Shown here: piece by piece, positions 18,658 through 28,960 of the stretch | Position numbering within the stretch: position 1 is the stretch's first letter | How the letters are laid out: every line of letters begins with the position of its first letter | Position numbers and translations under genes: made by a program | Assembly (NCBI GenBank): GCA_037388505.1 | Contig: JARRKC010000020.1 | Location: forward strand, 12,204 to 76,203 | Direction: 5' to 3' | Length of the DNA: 64,000 nt | DNA from: Acidobacteriota bacterium | Lineage (GTDB): Bacteria; Acidobacteriota; UBA6911; RPQK01; JAPXNP01 | Notes under the pieces: model-generated | What the model was told of the DNA's origin: nothing | The model's input: only the letters and a program-made list of their open reading frames with translations | Databases searched by the model: none

Positions 18658-19054
18658 CGGCAGGCCGATGTAGGGATCGCCTCACCGAGAACGGGAGAGT
18701 CCGTCCGCCGAGGGAAAAGCCTTCCTCCGCACCTGAGTTCGCTGGCCCGATCCTCCTTTCTGACTCCATAGACCCCAGGACCACCCCGTTTTCCCAGCAG
18801 ACCGCTCGCCACAGGTCATGCCTTCCGCGGTCGTGCCGCCTTTGGGAGGAATGCCAAGCGTCGGAGGTTCTCAAGGAGATCAGAGCGAACCGGGAGGAGG
18901 GGAGTCATTCCTACGCGCAGCGTTCACCCTCGACGCTTTTCCCGGCACATGCGTAACGTCGCATAAGTAATATTATGTTAAATTATATCTTCCGGCCTGG
19001 TCTCTCGCGATCGTCCCTTATACGACAACTCGGAATCCGGAACTGGGCTCCGCG

Positions 19055-19540
19055 CTACATCTTGTACTTACCCAGATCCTCGGGGTTGAGATTCTCCAGC
19101 CACTCCCTCACTTCTTCGGGGTCGAGCTTCTCCTTGTCCAGCGAGATGTTGCGGCTGTTCTGAATGACCGCCTCGGTGACGAAAATGGGTGCGTCGGTGC
19201 GCAAAGCTAAGGCAATGGCATCGCTGGGGCGACTGTCGATCAACATCGGCTGCCCACCGCGCTGCAGGTGGATCACCGCATAGAAGGTGTTGTCCTTGAG
19301 TTCCGTCACGACGATACGTTCGACTTCGGCGTCGAAGTGGTTGAGGATGTTCTTCAGCAGGTCGTGCGTCATGGGACGCGGCGTATCGACCCGTTCGATT
19401 TGCAGGGCTATGGCATTGGCCTCGAAGATGCCGACCCAGATTGGAAGCAACGTATTCCGCTCGACGTCCTGAAGGATGACGATCGGAGAATTCGTGATCG
19501 GGTCCATCATGAGACCTTTGATTTTAAACTCTCGTTCCAT
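19055..19540 (-). CDS. bifunctional nuclease (BFN / DUF151) family protein
   Basis: PIVILQDVERNTLLPIWVGIFEANAIALQIE...RPMTHDLL motif block. Confidence 0.85.
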   Translation of the reverse strand: MEREFKIKGLMMDPITNSPIVILQDVERNTLLPIWVGIFEANAIALQIERVDTPRPMTHDLLKNILNHFDAEVERIVVTELKDNTFYAVIHLQRGGQPMLIDSRPSDAIALALRTDAPIFVTEAVIQNSRNISLDKEKLDPEEVREWLENLNPEDLGKYKM

Positions 19541-19566
19541 ATGACCTCCCAGAGCCCTCCAGGACT

Positions 19567-20925
19567 CTATCCTGTGCCGGAAAGTCGGCAGTGGACGACC
19601 GGCTCGCCGACCAGGCTATTGGGTCCGATCTCCGTAATCCTAACGCGAGCAAACTCGCCTGTCTCTTCTTCGCCAAAGAAATTCACGATTTTGTTCGACG
19701 CGGTTCTGCCAAATCTGCGCATCCCATCACGAGCCGTCCCCTCGACCAACACGTCGAACTCCCGATCCAGGTAGCGCCGGCGATGGAGATCGAGCTGGAT
19801 ATCCCGCTGGACCCCCTGGAGCACGGTCAAACGACGCGACTTCTCACTCTCACCGACGTCATCCTCCCAGCCGAAAGCTTCCGTCATGGGCCGCGGCGAA
19901 TACTTAAAGGAGAACATTTGTTCGAATTCTGCAAATCTCACCAAATCCAGCGTTTTCTCGAAATCCTCAGCCGTCTCGCCGGGGCAACCGACGATCACGT
20001 CCGTCGACAATGCGATCTGGCGGCCACAGTTTCGGAACTTCTCCACGAGCGCCCGGTACCAGGCAGCGTCGTGCTGACGCCGCATTCGCCGCAGGATCCG
20101 GCTTGAACCCGATTGCAGGGGCAGATGGACCTGAGGACAGATGTTGTCGCGCTCCGCAATGAGTGAGATGACGTCATCGGTGAAATGTCTCGGATGCGGT
20201 GATGTGAAACGCAGCCTCTCAACTCCCTCGATCTCCGAGACGTCCGAAAGGAGCTCGGCAAATCGGTAGCGGGGATTCGCGGGGTCTTTGTAGCTGTTGA
20301 CCGTCTGACCGAGCAACAGAACCTCGACGAATCCTTCGGCGGTCGCCTGCCTGATTTCCTCGAGCACCGAGGACGCTCTCCGATTCCTTTCTTTTCCCCG
20401 GGTATGGGGGACGATGCAGAAAGCACAGTGCTTGTTGCAGCCTTCCATCACGGTCACGGCGGCGCGAAACGAATTCGACCTGGAGACCGCTTCGGCCGAA
20501 GGCGGCTCGGAATCATCAAGGAACGCCGTCGCGACAAGTCCGGCGGGTGGACCACCCCCGGCGCCCTGGGTCAGCTCATCGAGCAGATCGGGGATCGCAT
20601 GGTACAGATGGGTGCCCACGACGAGATCGACGTGCGGAGCCCGCTTGAGAATGTTCTCGCCCTCCTGCTGGGCGACACAACCCATCACGCCGATCAGGAA
20701 ATCAGCTTTCGCCCGCTTGCGTTCCTTGAGTTCCCCCAAGCGGCTGTAGACCTTCTGAACCGCTTTTTCCCGAACGCTGCACGTGTTGAGCAGGAAGAGA
20801 TCGGCATCGTCGGCCGACGGCGCCGGCACCAGTCCGCGGCGCGCGAGCAGACCGCCGATCTTCTCCGAGTCGTGCTCGTTCATCTGGCAGCCATGCGTTT
20901 CGATGAAGAATGAATGCAGTCTCAC
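19567..20925 (-). CDS. miaB: tRNA-2-methylthio-N6-dimethylallyladenosine synthase
   Basis: FFIETHGCQMNEHDSE N-terminal domain, radical-SAM CNKHCAFC motif and a TRAM-like C-terminus. Confidence 0.93.
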   Translation of the reverse strand: MRLHSFFIETHGCQMNEHDSEKIGGLLARRGLVPAPSADDADLFLLNTCSVREKAVQKVYSRLGELKERKRAKADFLIGVMGCVAQQEGENILKRAPHVDLVVGTHLYHAIPDLLDELTQGAGGGPPAGLVATAFLDDSEPPSAEAVSRSNSFRAAVTVMEGCNKHCAFCIVPHTRGKERNRRASSVLEEIRQATAEGFVEVLLLGQTVNSYKDPANPRYRFAELLSDVSEIEGVERLRFTSPHPRHFTDDVISLIAERDNICPQVHLPLQSGSSRILRRMRRQHDAAWYRALVEKFRNCGRQIALSTDVIVGCPGETAEDFEKTLDLVRFAEFEQMFSFKYSPRPMTEAFGWEDDVGESEKSRRLTVLQGVQRDIQLDLHRRRYLDREFDVLVEGTARDGMRRFGRTASNKIVNFFGEEETGEFARVRITEIGPNSLVGEPVVHCRLSGTG

Positions 20926-21089
20926 TTGAAATCATTCTAGCGAAAAAGGCGTGCCCTCGCGGCTGGTCGGACATTCAGGGACACCCACGAAACGTCTCGG
21001 GAAGCGGCGATCATCGAAACGGCTCTGGGTGGTCGACGGCCGGGCATGCCGGTGGACTTCAGGATCCTGTCTGGGAATGCGGCTTGGCC

Positions 21090-22763
21090 CTATCCACCTC
21101 TGCGATGGACCAGAAGCTCGCGCGCTTGTCGGAGCGTCGTCTCGGAGACTTTCTCGCCGGCCAGCATCCGACCCAGCTCGATGATCCGGGCATCCTCGTC
21201 GAGGGGATGAATCTCGACCAACGTCCTGCCGCCCTTGACCGTCTTGCCGACGTGGAAGTGATGATCGGCGAAGGCGGCGATCTGAGGCAGGTGCGTCACA
21301 CAGAAGACCTGATGTCGCCCGGCGACGTGCAGCAGCTTCTCGCCCAGAGTCCCGGCCGTGCGCCCGCCGATTCCGGCGTCCACTTCATCGAACACCAGCG
21401 TCTTGGGATGCTGCTCCCGGCGAAGCACGTTTTCCAGAGCCAGCATGATCCGCGAGAGTTCACCGCCCGAGGCGATCCGTGCCAGCGGCCGGGGTTCCTC
21501 ACCCGGATTGGCACTGATGAGAAACTCGACGATGTCGATTCCATGCTCGGTGGGAGCAGTTGCAGGAGGAGCGAAATCCACCTGAAAGCGGGTGTCCTCC
21601 ATGGCAAGGTCAGCCAGTTCACTCTGTATTGCTTCCGACAGCGCCGTTGCGGCTTCGTGTCGGCGCTCCGACAAGGCCGCCGCGGCCTTTCCATAGGCCT
21701 CGGTGAGCTGGGCGAGCTCTCCGTCCAGCCGCGAGGCCGAAGCCTCCCGATCTTCGAGGTCGGCCAGTTCCCTGTCGATCGAGTCGGCATAGTCGAGAAC
21801 GTCGTCGAGCGTCCGACCGTATTTGCGTTTGGCGCGTTCGATCTCAGCCAGCCGCTCCTCGATCTGTTCGAGTCGGTGCGGATCGAACTGGATATCCTGG
21901 ACATAGTCCCGAAGCTGGAAAGCAGCCTCTTCGACAGCGAACTGAACCTCTTTCAGCCGCATCGCCAGGCCCTCGAGCGCCGGGTCGAGACGCTCCAGTT
22001 CCTCGACCTGACGACCGACCCGGTCGATCCTCGAAAGGACCGAATCGTCGTCCTCGTAGAGCGTCTGATAGGCCTCTTCCCCGCCCTGCAGGCGCTTCTC
22101 CGAACTGGCGAGGAGGTTTCGCTCTTCTTCGAGACTCTGGTCGAGGCCGGGCTGGAGCTGGAGACGGCGGATTTCGGCGAGCTGATACCGGAGCAGCTCG
22201 ACCCGCTGTAGGCGGTCCTGTTCCGAACGCTCGAGGGAGTCCCGCTCAGCGTGCACGGCTTCGAGACGATGGTAAACCGTGGACACGGCGTCAACGAATT
22301 CGCCGGCCTCCGCAAAGGCGTCCAGCAAATCGAGATGGGCCGAGGGAATCAGCAGTTGCTGCTGACTGTGCTGACCGTGAATCTCGACCAGGTTTCGACC
22401 GACCAAGGCCAAGACGGCCAGAGTCGTCAGACGGTCGTTGATGAAAACCCGGTTGGCGCCGGAGAGGGAGATTTCCCGGCGGATGATCAGCGTATTGTCG
22501 CCCGATTCCAGGCCGTTGTTCTTCAGCACCTTATGGGCGGGGTTCCGCCGGTCGAGCGTGAAGAGCCCCTCGATGCGTGCCGTCTCCGAGCCCTGTCGGA
22601 CCATGTCTTGAGACGCCCGGTCGCCGACCAGGAGACCCACGGCGTCAACCAGGATCGACTTGCCCGAACCGGTCTCCCCGGTGATCAGGTTGAGGCCCGA
22701 GCCGAATTCGACCCGGAGCATTTCAATCAGCGCAAAATTCTCGATGCGGACGAAAGAAAGCAT
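21090..22763 (-). CDS. recN: DNA repair protein RecN
   Basis: MLSFVRIENFALIE...LITGETGSGKSILVDA Walker A, a long coiled coil and C-terminal SGGELSRIMLAL. I chose the ATG at 22763. Confidence 0.93.
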   Translation of the reverse strand: MLSFVRIENFALIEMLRVEFGSGLNLITGETGSGKSILVDAVGLLVGDRASQDMVRQGSETARIEGLFTLDRRNPAHKVLKNNGLESGDNTLIIRREISLSGANRVFINDRLTTLAVLALVGRNLVEIHGQHSQQQLLIPSAHLDLLDAFAEAGEFVDAVSTVYHRLEAVHAERDSLERSEQDRLQRVELLRYQLAEIRRLQLQPGLDQSLEEERNLLASSEKRLQGGEEAYQTLYEDDDSVLSRIDRVGRQVEELERLDPALEGLAMRLKEVQFAVEEAAFQLRDYVQDIQFDPHRLEQIEERLAEIERAKRKYGRTLDDVLDYADSIDRELADLEDREASASRLDGELAQLTEAYGKAAAALSERRHEAATALSEAIQSELADLAMEDTRFQVDFAPPATAPTEHGIDIVEFLISANPGEEPRPLARIASGGELSRIMLALENVLRREQHPKTLVFDEVDAGIGGRTAGTLGEKLLHVAGRHQVFCVTHLPQIAAFADHHFHVGKTVKGGRTLVEIHPLDEDARIIELGRMLAGEKVSETTLRQARELLVHRRGG

Positions 22764-22912
22764 AGGCGACGGAAGGGCCGGACAGCTTCTCCCCGCGTCT
22801 GTCCCGAAAACCCCGACAATAGTATCCGGGCAGAGGCATCGGTTACAATCGAAATGTCCTGGGTCCGGGCGTGGGCGTGGTGGGCCCGTGCCCATCGTAA
22901 GCCCGGCGCTAC

Positions 22913-23668
22913 ATGTTGGTCGGGCCACGCGGGTTCGCGAAGGAGATGCTGTTGACGGGACTTTTGCTGCAGAGTAGCTTCACGGGGTTTTGGACGCTGG
23001 TCATGAACAGCGGGCTCGTGGCCAAAATGGTGCTTTTGGTGCTGCTGGGTTTCTCGGTCCTTTCCTGGGCCATCATGATCAAAAAGTATCGGATCTACAA
23101 GGAGGTCGAGGCCCAATCGCTGGGCTTCCACGAGGAGTTTCAACGACTTTCGAGTCTCTCCGAGATCTACCGCGAATGCGAGCAGTACCCGATGTCACCC
23201 CTGGCCGGGATCTTCAAGAACGGATATGTCGAGCTGAACTATCGGGTTCAGTCGGCCAGAAACTCCACGGGCCATGGGGCGGGGGACGAGCGTCAAGCCG
23301 TCATGAAGGGAATCGAAGGCCTGCAGCGGACCCTGAGGAAGGCGGCCATGTCCGAGATGCTGGCCATGGAACATTCGTTGAGCTGGCTGGCGACGACCGG
23401 CGCCGTAACTCCCTTCATTGGCCTGTTCGGAACCGTCGTCGGGATCATCAACGCTTTTCAGGGACTCGGGGCCGGCGGACCGACGACCATTCAGGCTGTC
23501 GCACCCGGCATCAGTGAAGCCCTGGTCGCGACGGCGGCCGGCTTGTTCGCCGCCATTCCGGCGGTCATCGGATATAACCACTTTCTCAATCGTCTTCGCC
23601 GTTTCGGGGCTGAAATGGACGACTTCTCGGCGGAGTTTCTCAATCTGGTCGAGCGCAGTTTCGGCTGA
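22913..23668 (+). CDS. tolQ: Tol-Pal system protein TolQ (MotA/TolQ/ExbB channel); start uncertain
   Basis: LLGFSVLSWAIMIKKY and GLFGTVVGIINAF...EALVATAAGLFAAIPAV. First gene of a tolQRAB-pal-cpoB row. Confidence 0.85.
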   Translation: MLVGPRGFAKEMLLTGLLLQSSFTGFWTLVMNSGLVAKMVLLVLLGFSVLSWAIMIKKYRIYKEVEAQSLGFHEEFQRLSSLSEIYRECEQYPMSPLAGIFKNGYVELNYRVQSARNSTGHGAGDERQAVMKGIEGLQRTLRKAAMSEMLAMEHSLSWLATTGAVTPFIGLFGTVVGIINAFQGLGAGGPTTIQAVAPGISEALVATAAGLFAAIPAVIGYNHFLNRLRRFGAEMDDFSAEFLNLVERSFG

Positions 23669-23686
23669 GGCTCGAGGAGATGCCGC

Positions 23687-24121
23687 ATGGCTTTTCAGAC
23701 GGGTCCGAGTGACACCCGGCCCACACTTTCCGATATCAACATCACCCCTCTGGTTGACGTCGTGCTCGTGCTCCTGATCATCTTCATGGTGACCGCACCC
23801 ATCCTGCAGACCGGCATCGAAGTCGAACTTCCTCAGACCCGCACCGTCAAGGCGGTCGATCCGGAACAGCGCGCCGTCATTACGATCAGCCGAGACGAAC
23901 TCCTCTACTACCGATCGGGCCTGATCAACTTCAATTCTCTGGGGGACCTCTTGCGCCGGGATATCGGGGACAGCAACCTCCCGATCTTTCTGCAAGCCGA
24001 CGAAGATGTCCGCTGGAAGACGATTGTGGCCGTCGTCGACGAGATTCGCCAGAGCGGATACGAACGCATCAATCTCGTCACGCGGCCCTATCAGACCAAA
24101 GGGGGTACGAAGGAGCCTTGA
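23687..24121 (+). CDS. tolR: Tol-Pal system protein TolR (ExbD/TolR family)
   Basis: DINITPLVDVVLVLLIIFMVTAP motif. Confidence 0.85.
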   Translation: MAFQTGPSDTRPTLSDINITPLVDVVLVLLIIFMVTAPILQTGIEVELPQTRTVKAVDPEQRAVITISRDELLYYRSGLINFNSLGDLLRRDIGDSNLPIFLQADEDVRWKTIVAVVDEIRQSGYERINLVTRPYQTKGGTKEP

Positions 24122-24939
24122 AGACGGTCCTGCGCTCGCACCTCCAGGAAGGCGACTACCGAAGGGCTGCAGTCTATTCCGCGCTGCTGCATGTCGCGAT
24201 TCTGCTGTTCTTCACGGTCGGGGTGAGCCTGCTGCCGTCTCCCGCCCCCATCGAACTCGGTCTCGGTGCGGGCGGAGGTCAGGGCGAGGTGGTCTCGGTC
24301 GGACTGGCCGCCGATACCGGCGGTGGAGCCGGGATGTACAAACCGCCGGTCACGAACCGGGCGGAGTCGGCGCCTCCTCCACCCCCCAAGAAGGCGGAGC
24401 GTGCCGTCGACGAATCCAAAGTTCCTCCCAACGTCTTCACCCAGGAGAAACCGAAACCGAAGCCGAAGGAACCCGAGCCGCCCCACCGAAGCCGCCCCAA
24501 GAAAGAGACTCCGCCGAAGCAGCGCGCCGGTCTGATTCCGCGAGAATCCGACCCCGGCAAGGGCACGCCCGGCGGCGCTGCGGGATCGGGCGGAGGCTTC
24601 GGTACGGGTCGCGGCGTTCAAATCGGATCCGGGAGCGGTGAGGGCGGTCAGATCGATTCCTGGTACATTCGACAGGTGGAACAGCGTGTCGGCAAGAACT
24701 GGCTTCAGACCTCTCTGGGTTCCCTACAGAAGGTCCAGGCCGTAGCCACGTTTCTGGTGCTGCCCAGTGGGCAGATCACCGATATCCAACTGGAACAGCG
24801 AAGCGGGGTTTCCAGCGTGGATCTGGCCGTCATCCGTGCCATCCAGGCCAGCAATCCCCTGCCACCCCTGCCCTACGAACTGAGATCTCGCTCGGTCCGT
24901 TTCAAGGCGGTTTTCGAGTATCCAACGACAGCGAGATGA
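24118..24939 (+). CDS. tolA: TolA/TonB-family energy transducer
   Basis: N-terminal transmembrane helix, Pro/Lys-rich linker and a TonB_C-like C-terminus. The assignment rests on position in the tol row. TTG start. Confidence 0.65.
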   Translation: MKTVLRSHLQEGDYRRAAVYSALLHVAILLFFTVGVSLLPSPAPIELGLGAGGGQGEVVSVGLAADTGGGAGMYKPPVTNRAESAPPPPPKKAERAVDESKVPPNVFTQEKPKPKPKEPEPPHRSRPKKETPPKQRAGLIPRESDPGKGTPGGAAGSGGGFGTGRGVQIGSGSGEGGQIDSWYIRQVEQRVGKNWLQTSLGSLQKVQAVATFLVLPSGQITDIQLEQRSGVSSVDLAVIRAIQASNPLPPLPYELRSRSVRFKAVFEYPTTAR

Positions 24940-26297
24940 AGAAAGGTCTAGCGCCATCGATGAGAAAACAAGTCTGGCTCGTGCCCCTGTGCATCCTTCT
25001 TTCGGCTGCAGCTGCGGCTGCCCAGAAGACGGACGCCACCATCTTCCCGACACCCACCGCCACGCGCCTGGCGGTTGCGGATTTCACACCCCGCACCTCG
25101 GCCAGCGCCGAGACCCAGACGGCGCTCTCGGTCTTCAACCGGGTTCTGCTGGATGACCTCAAATTCTCGGAATTCTTCGTGATCCCCTCGAAGAGCTTCT
25201 ATCCGCTCAAGCCCCTCCGAGCGCCCCAGGACGTGGACTTCAGCAACTGGCAGGTTTCCACACTGGATGTGGATTTCCTGGCCTTCGGCAATCTTCAGGT
25301 CGATGCTACAGCCACCGTCGTCGAGGCCTATTTGTACGACGTCAAGACTCATAACCAGGTGCTCGGCAAACGCTTCACCATCTCGGACCCCACGCTCATA
25401 CGTCGGGTCGCCCACGAGTTTGCCGACCAGATCGTCTATGAGCTCTCGGCGGGCGCCAGTCTGGGTGTGGCCCGCTCCCAGATCGCCTACGTCTCCCAGA
25501 AAGGTGACGCCAAAGAGATCTGGATCATGGACTACGACGGTGCCAATGCACACCAGCTTTCCTTTAACGGCGGACTCAACAAGTTTCCGGAATGGTCGTT
25601 CGACGACAAACGCCTGGCCTACGTGACCAAGCTTCCTACCGAGAATCGGTGGCAGCTGCGGATTCAGGATGTCGACGGCCCGGTTCGGGACATCAGCATC
25701 GATGCGTCCTACGTCTCCTCCCCGGCTTTCAGTCCCGACGGGCGCCTGGCCTTCTCGGCGCATACACCGAACAGTCGCGGAGCCGACATTTTCGTCGCCG
25801 GACCGAACGGGCGGGGCCTGCGGAACATCACCAACGCCGCCGGTATCGACACGTCTCCCACCTGGAGCCCGACCAGCGCTCAGATCGCCTTCATTTCCGA
25901 TCGCAGCGGGTCACCTCAGGTCTGGATCATGGACAGCGACGGATCCAACGTGCGACGGCTGATTCTCGAGGGCGGCCACTGTGACAGCCCGGACTGGTCT
26001 CCGGACGGACGCTATATTCTCTATTCGTGGCAGGCGCCCGAGCAGTGGAAACACGATATCTACCTGGTCGAGATCGCCACGGGCAGGATCAACCAGCTGA
26101 CCCGCGGAAGCGGCAGCTACGAAAGTCCCCATTGGTCACCCGACGGTCGGCACGTCACCTTTCAAAGCACGCGATCGGGCAGCAAACAAATCTTCATCAT
26201 GAGCGTCGACGGCAAGAACTTAAAGCAGGTCTCAGCCTATGGTATAAACGAGAGTCCGTCGTGGGCACCTTATCCGCCCGCGACACCGGAGCAGTGA
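24936..26297 (+). CDS. tolB: Tol-Pal system beta-propeller protein TolB
   Basis: Signal peptide plus repeated SP(A/D)(F/W)SPDG(R) WD40-like blades. Confidence 0.9.
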   Translation: MKKGLAPSMRKQVWLVPLCILLSAAAAAAQKTDATIFPTPTATRLAVADFTPRTSASAETQTALSVFNRVLLDDLKFSEFFVIPSKSFYPLKPLRAPQDVDFSNWQVSTLDVDFLAFGNLQVDATATVVEAYLYDVKTHNQVLGKRFTISDPTLIRRVAHEFADQIVYELSAGASLGVARSQIAYVSQKGDAKEIWIMDYDGANAHQLSFNGGLNKFPEWSFDDKRLAYVTKLPTENRWQLRIQDVDGPVRDISIDASYVSSPAFSPDGRLAFSAHTPNSRGADIFVAGPNGRGLRNITNAAGIDTSPTWSPTSAQIAFISDRSGSPQVWIMDSDGSNVRRLILEGGHCDSPDWSPDGRYILYSWQAPEQWKHDIYLVEIATGRINQLTRGSGSYESPHWSPDGRHVTFQSTRSGSKQIFIMSVDGKNLKQVSAYGINESPSWAPYPPATPEQ

Positions 26298-26321
26298 CGT
26301 GCATCCTGTGGAGGTCCGAAC

Positions 26322-27095
26322 ATGAAATTGAGTCTGAAGTGGTCTGTTCTGTTGCTGGTCGTTCTGCTTGCTTTTCTGTTTCCCGCCTGCAAGAAGAAGA
26401 CTCAGACTCTGGCACGTCCTCCGATGTCGACGACGCGGCAGCCCGCGGCGACAACGACGACCGCGCGTCCATCTCCCGAGGTCAGCCTCGAGGCATCTCC
26501 GACGACTCTGCGACGCGGGGAGCGCTCCACGCTGAGCTGGACCAGTTCGAATGCGGACAGCATCGTGATCGACAGCGGCGTCGGCAATGTCGCCGAGAGT
26601 GGATCCATTACGGTGGCGCCGCTCGAGTCGACGACCTACACGGCTGTCGCGAAAGGGCCCGGAGGCGACGCGAGGGCCAGTACGCGAATCACGGTCGTCC
26701 GCAGTGAGGCGAAGACCGACATCACGGAAACCGATCTGATGGCTCTGCAGAAAGCCATCGAAGACGGACTCGTCAAACCCGTCTTCTTCGCCTATGACAG
26801 TGCCCAGCTGTCACCTGAAGCCCGGGCTACCCTCGAGCAGGACTCCCGTATGTTTCGCCAGTACCCGGATGCGACGATCATCGTTGAGGGACATTGCGAC
26901 GAGCGGGGCACGGAAGAGTACAACCTGGCACTGGGTGATCGCCGGGCACAGGCAGCCAAGGACTACCTGGTCCAGCTGGGGATTCCGGCCGACCGACTGC
27001 AGACGATTTCCTACGGGGAAGAAAAACCCTTTGCATTGGGCAGCAATGAGGCGGCCTGGGCTCAGAACCGGCGTGCGCACTTTCGGGTGCGCTAG
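26322..27095 (+). CDS. pal: peptidoglycan-associated lipoprotein Pal with an extra Ig-like N-terminal domain
   Basis: Lipobox LFPAC. OmpA-like C-terminus VFFAYDSAQL...VEGHCDERGTEEYNLALGDRRA. Confidence 0.9.
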   Translation: MKLSLKWSVLLLVVLLAFLFPACKKKTQTLARPPMSTTRQPAATTTTARPSPEVSLEASPTTLRRGERSTLSWTSSNADSIVIDSGVGNVAESGSITVAPLESTTYTAVAKGPGGDARASTRITVVRSEAKTDITETDLMALQKAIEDGLVKPVFFAYDSAQLSPEARATLEQDSRMFRQYPDATIIVEGHCDERGTEEYNLALGDRRAQAAKDYLVQLGIPADRLQTISYGEEKPFALGSNEAAWAQNRRAHFRVR

Positions 27096-27114
27096 CCGAC
27101 ACCGGAGAACGTAG

Positions 27115-27948
27115 ATGAGAGGATTAAGGCTATCGATTTGGAGCGTCCTGTTTCTACTCACGACCGCACCGGCGATGGCCGGGACCAAGGAAGAGATCGT
27201 CCGTCTTCAGAGCGACGTCCTGCAGCTGCAGGATCAGATCCGCTTATTGCAGAAGACGATCGATGAGAAGAACGGGTCGATCGTGTCACTGCTGGAGCAA
27301 CTCAACGACCAGTCGGCCGAGGGCAAGGTTGCACTCAACGACCTCCGCCAGGGCCTGACCGCGGATCGTACGCAGGCTGCAGCCGTCGTCAAGGCTCTCG
27401 ATTCCCTGAGGAACGAAGTCCAGCTCCTGAGCACGAAGCTCGACGAAACCAACAACCGGGTGGCCGCGCTGGGCCGCAAAATGGAAGACACACAGGTCCA
27501 GGTACAGACGCTGCGAACGGTGCCCGCAGAATCCTCCGGACAGGTTGAACCCGATCGCGTCTACAGTGCCGCCTACAACGACTACCTCATGGGCAACTAT
27601 GCCCTGGCGGTCCAGGGCTTCCAGGATTTTCTGTCCAACTATCCGGACAGCGAACTGGCGGACAATGCGGCCTACTATCTGGGTGACGCCTACCTGCAGC
27701 AGGGCCGACAGGAACTGGCCATCCAGGCCTTCGATCAGGTCATCAACCTCTATCCCAAAGGGGATAAGACCCCGGTGGCCTACTACAAGAAGGGGATGAT
27801 CCTGGCGGAGATGCAGCGGCTCGATCAGGCCATCGACACCTTCAAGCGTCTCAAGCGCCTCTATCCGAAGTCCCAGGAGGCCAGCCTGGCCGATCAGGAA
27901 TTGCAGAAGCTCAGCGGTCAGACGCCTGCGGCGGCCCCCGGAAGATAG
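27115..27948 (+). CDS. cpoB: Tol-Pal system protein CpoB/YbgF
   Basis: Signal peptide, coiled coil and a TPR block (YSAAYNDYLMGNYALAVQGFQDFLSNYPDSELADNAAYYLGDAY). Confidence 0.85.
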   Translation: MRGLRLSIWSVLFLLTTAPAMAGTKEEIVRLQSDVLQLQDQIRLLQKTIDEKNGSIVSLLEQLNDQSAEGKVALNDLRQGLTADRTQAAAVVKALDSLRNEVQLLSTKLDETNNRVAALGRKMEDTQVQVQTLRTVPAESSGQVEPDRVYSAAYNDYLMGNYALAVQGFQDFLSNYPDSELADNAAYYLGDAYLQQGRQELAIQAFDQVINLYPKGDKTPVAYYKKGMILAEMQRLDQAIDTFKRLKRLYPKSQEASLADQELQKLSGQTPAAAPGR

Positions 27949-27988
27949 CCACAGCGTCGTGTTTCGTTGTGTCGTCGTGGTCGCCCTG

Positions 27989-28080
27989 CGGCGTCGTGCC
28001 GTCGTGGTGAGCCTCCGGCGTCGTGCCGTCGTGGTCAGTCCCGGCGTCGAGCCGTCGTGGTCAGTCCCCGGCGTGGTCAC
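27989..28080. repeat. tandem repeat, 26-27 bp unit, about 3.5 copies (cggcgtcgtgccgtcgtggt + 6-7 nt)
   Basis: Unit starts at 27989, 28016, 28042 and 28069. It fills most of the gap between the convergent cpoB and ssb 3' ends. Confidence 0.7.
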
Positions 28081-28082
28081 TC

Positions 28083-28499
28083 TCAGAAGGGGATATCGTC
28101 GTCGGTGATCCCGACCTCCATCGGCTCCTGCGGCGGTGCGCCGGCCTCATCTCCTCCACCTTCCATCGCAGCATTCCGGGATTCGAGCATCTGCATGTTC
28201 GACGCCACGATCTCCGTGGTATATCGCTTGTTGCCGTCCCGGTCGTCCCACTCCCGCGTTTGAATTCGCCCTTCGATGAAGACCAGACGCCCCTTCTTGA
28301 GGTACTTGCCGCAGATCTCGCCCAGCTTGCCGAACGCGACGATACGATGCCACTCGGTACGTTGCTGTCGATTCCCTTCCGAATCGGCCCAGCGTTCGTC
28401 CGTCGCCATGGAGAAGTTGGCCACCGCGGTTCTGGACTGGGTGTAGCGGACCTCGGGATCGCGCCCGAGACGACCGATCAAAAACACTCGATTCACCAT
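28083..28499 (-). CDS. ssb: single-stranded DNA-binding protein
   Basis: [22 protein letters not shown]-fold N-terminus and an acidic DDDIPF tail. AGGAGA Shine-Dalgarno before the ATG at 28499. Confidence 0.93.
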   Translation of the reverse strand: MVNRVFLIGRLGRDPEVRYTQSRTAVANFSMATDERWADSEGNRQQRTEWHRIVAFGKLGEICGKYLKKGRLVFIEGRIQTREWDDRDGNKRYTTEIVASNMQMLESRNAAMEGGGDEAGAPPQEPMEVGITDDDIPF

Positions 28500-28694
28500 T
28501 TCAATTTCTCCTCTCGGTACAAGTCGTGGCGAGCTGAGACCCCACATTCGCAGCAGGCTCCGAGCCCGTTTTGAGGTTCATCATGGGATGCCGGGGAATT
28601 CGTCGACCCGTTCTCCTCACCCGCGCTCCACTGGTCGAAGTTCGCGGTCCTCATCTACTATAACGTTCGACTCCGAAAATCTACGAAATCCACC

Positions 28695-28950
28695 CCGAGT
28701 AGGACGTCCCCGCTGCCAGGGGAGAGGCCGTAGGACAACCGTCCCCGGTTGTCCAGCTGACGGAATCGCGGCCACCGGGAAAGCTGGCTGGCGCATCGTG
28801 ACCGTGGCGTCCGCAGGCACCTTGCCGGGGTCGTTCGACCCGGGCAGCGGACAACCGGGGACGTCCTACTCGGCGATGCTGCGACGGCCGTGGAGAAGGT
28901 GCCGGGTCGTTCGACCGAGGCAGCGGACAACCGGGGACGGTTGTCCTACG
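28695..28950. repeat. cluster of four REP-like palindromic elements (two reverse, two forward)
   Basis: Copies at 28695-28717 and 28729-28759 (reverse) and at 28845-28873 and 28921-28950 (forward). The forward pair carries a 20-nt conserved 5' flank (ccgggtcgttcgacc...). Confidence 0.7.
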
Positions 28951-28960
28951 CTCGCGGCCT

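Noticed and set aside
18955-19000. AT-rich island with an 8-nt palindrome (taatatta) and a perfect TATAAT on the minus strand, in the convergent gap after the CDGSH and BFN genes
   Set aside because: There is no acceptable -35 at 16-18 nt spacing, no downstream gene, and no recognisable RNA. It may drive an sRNA across 18660-18975, but the sequence alone gives no support.
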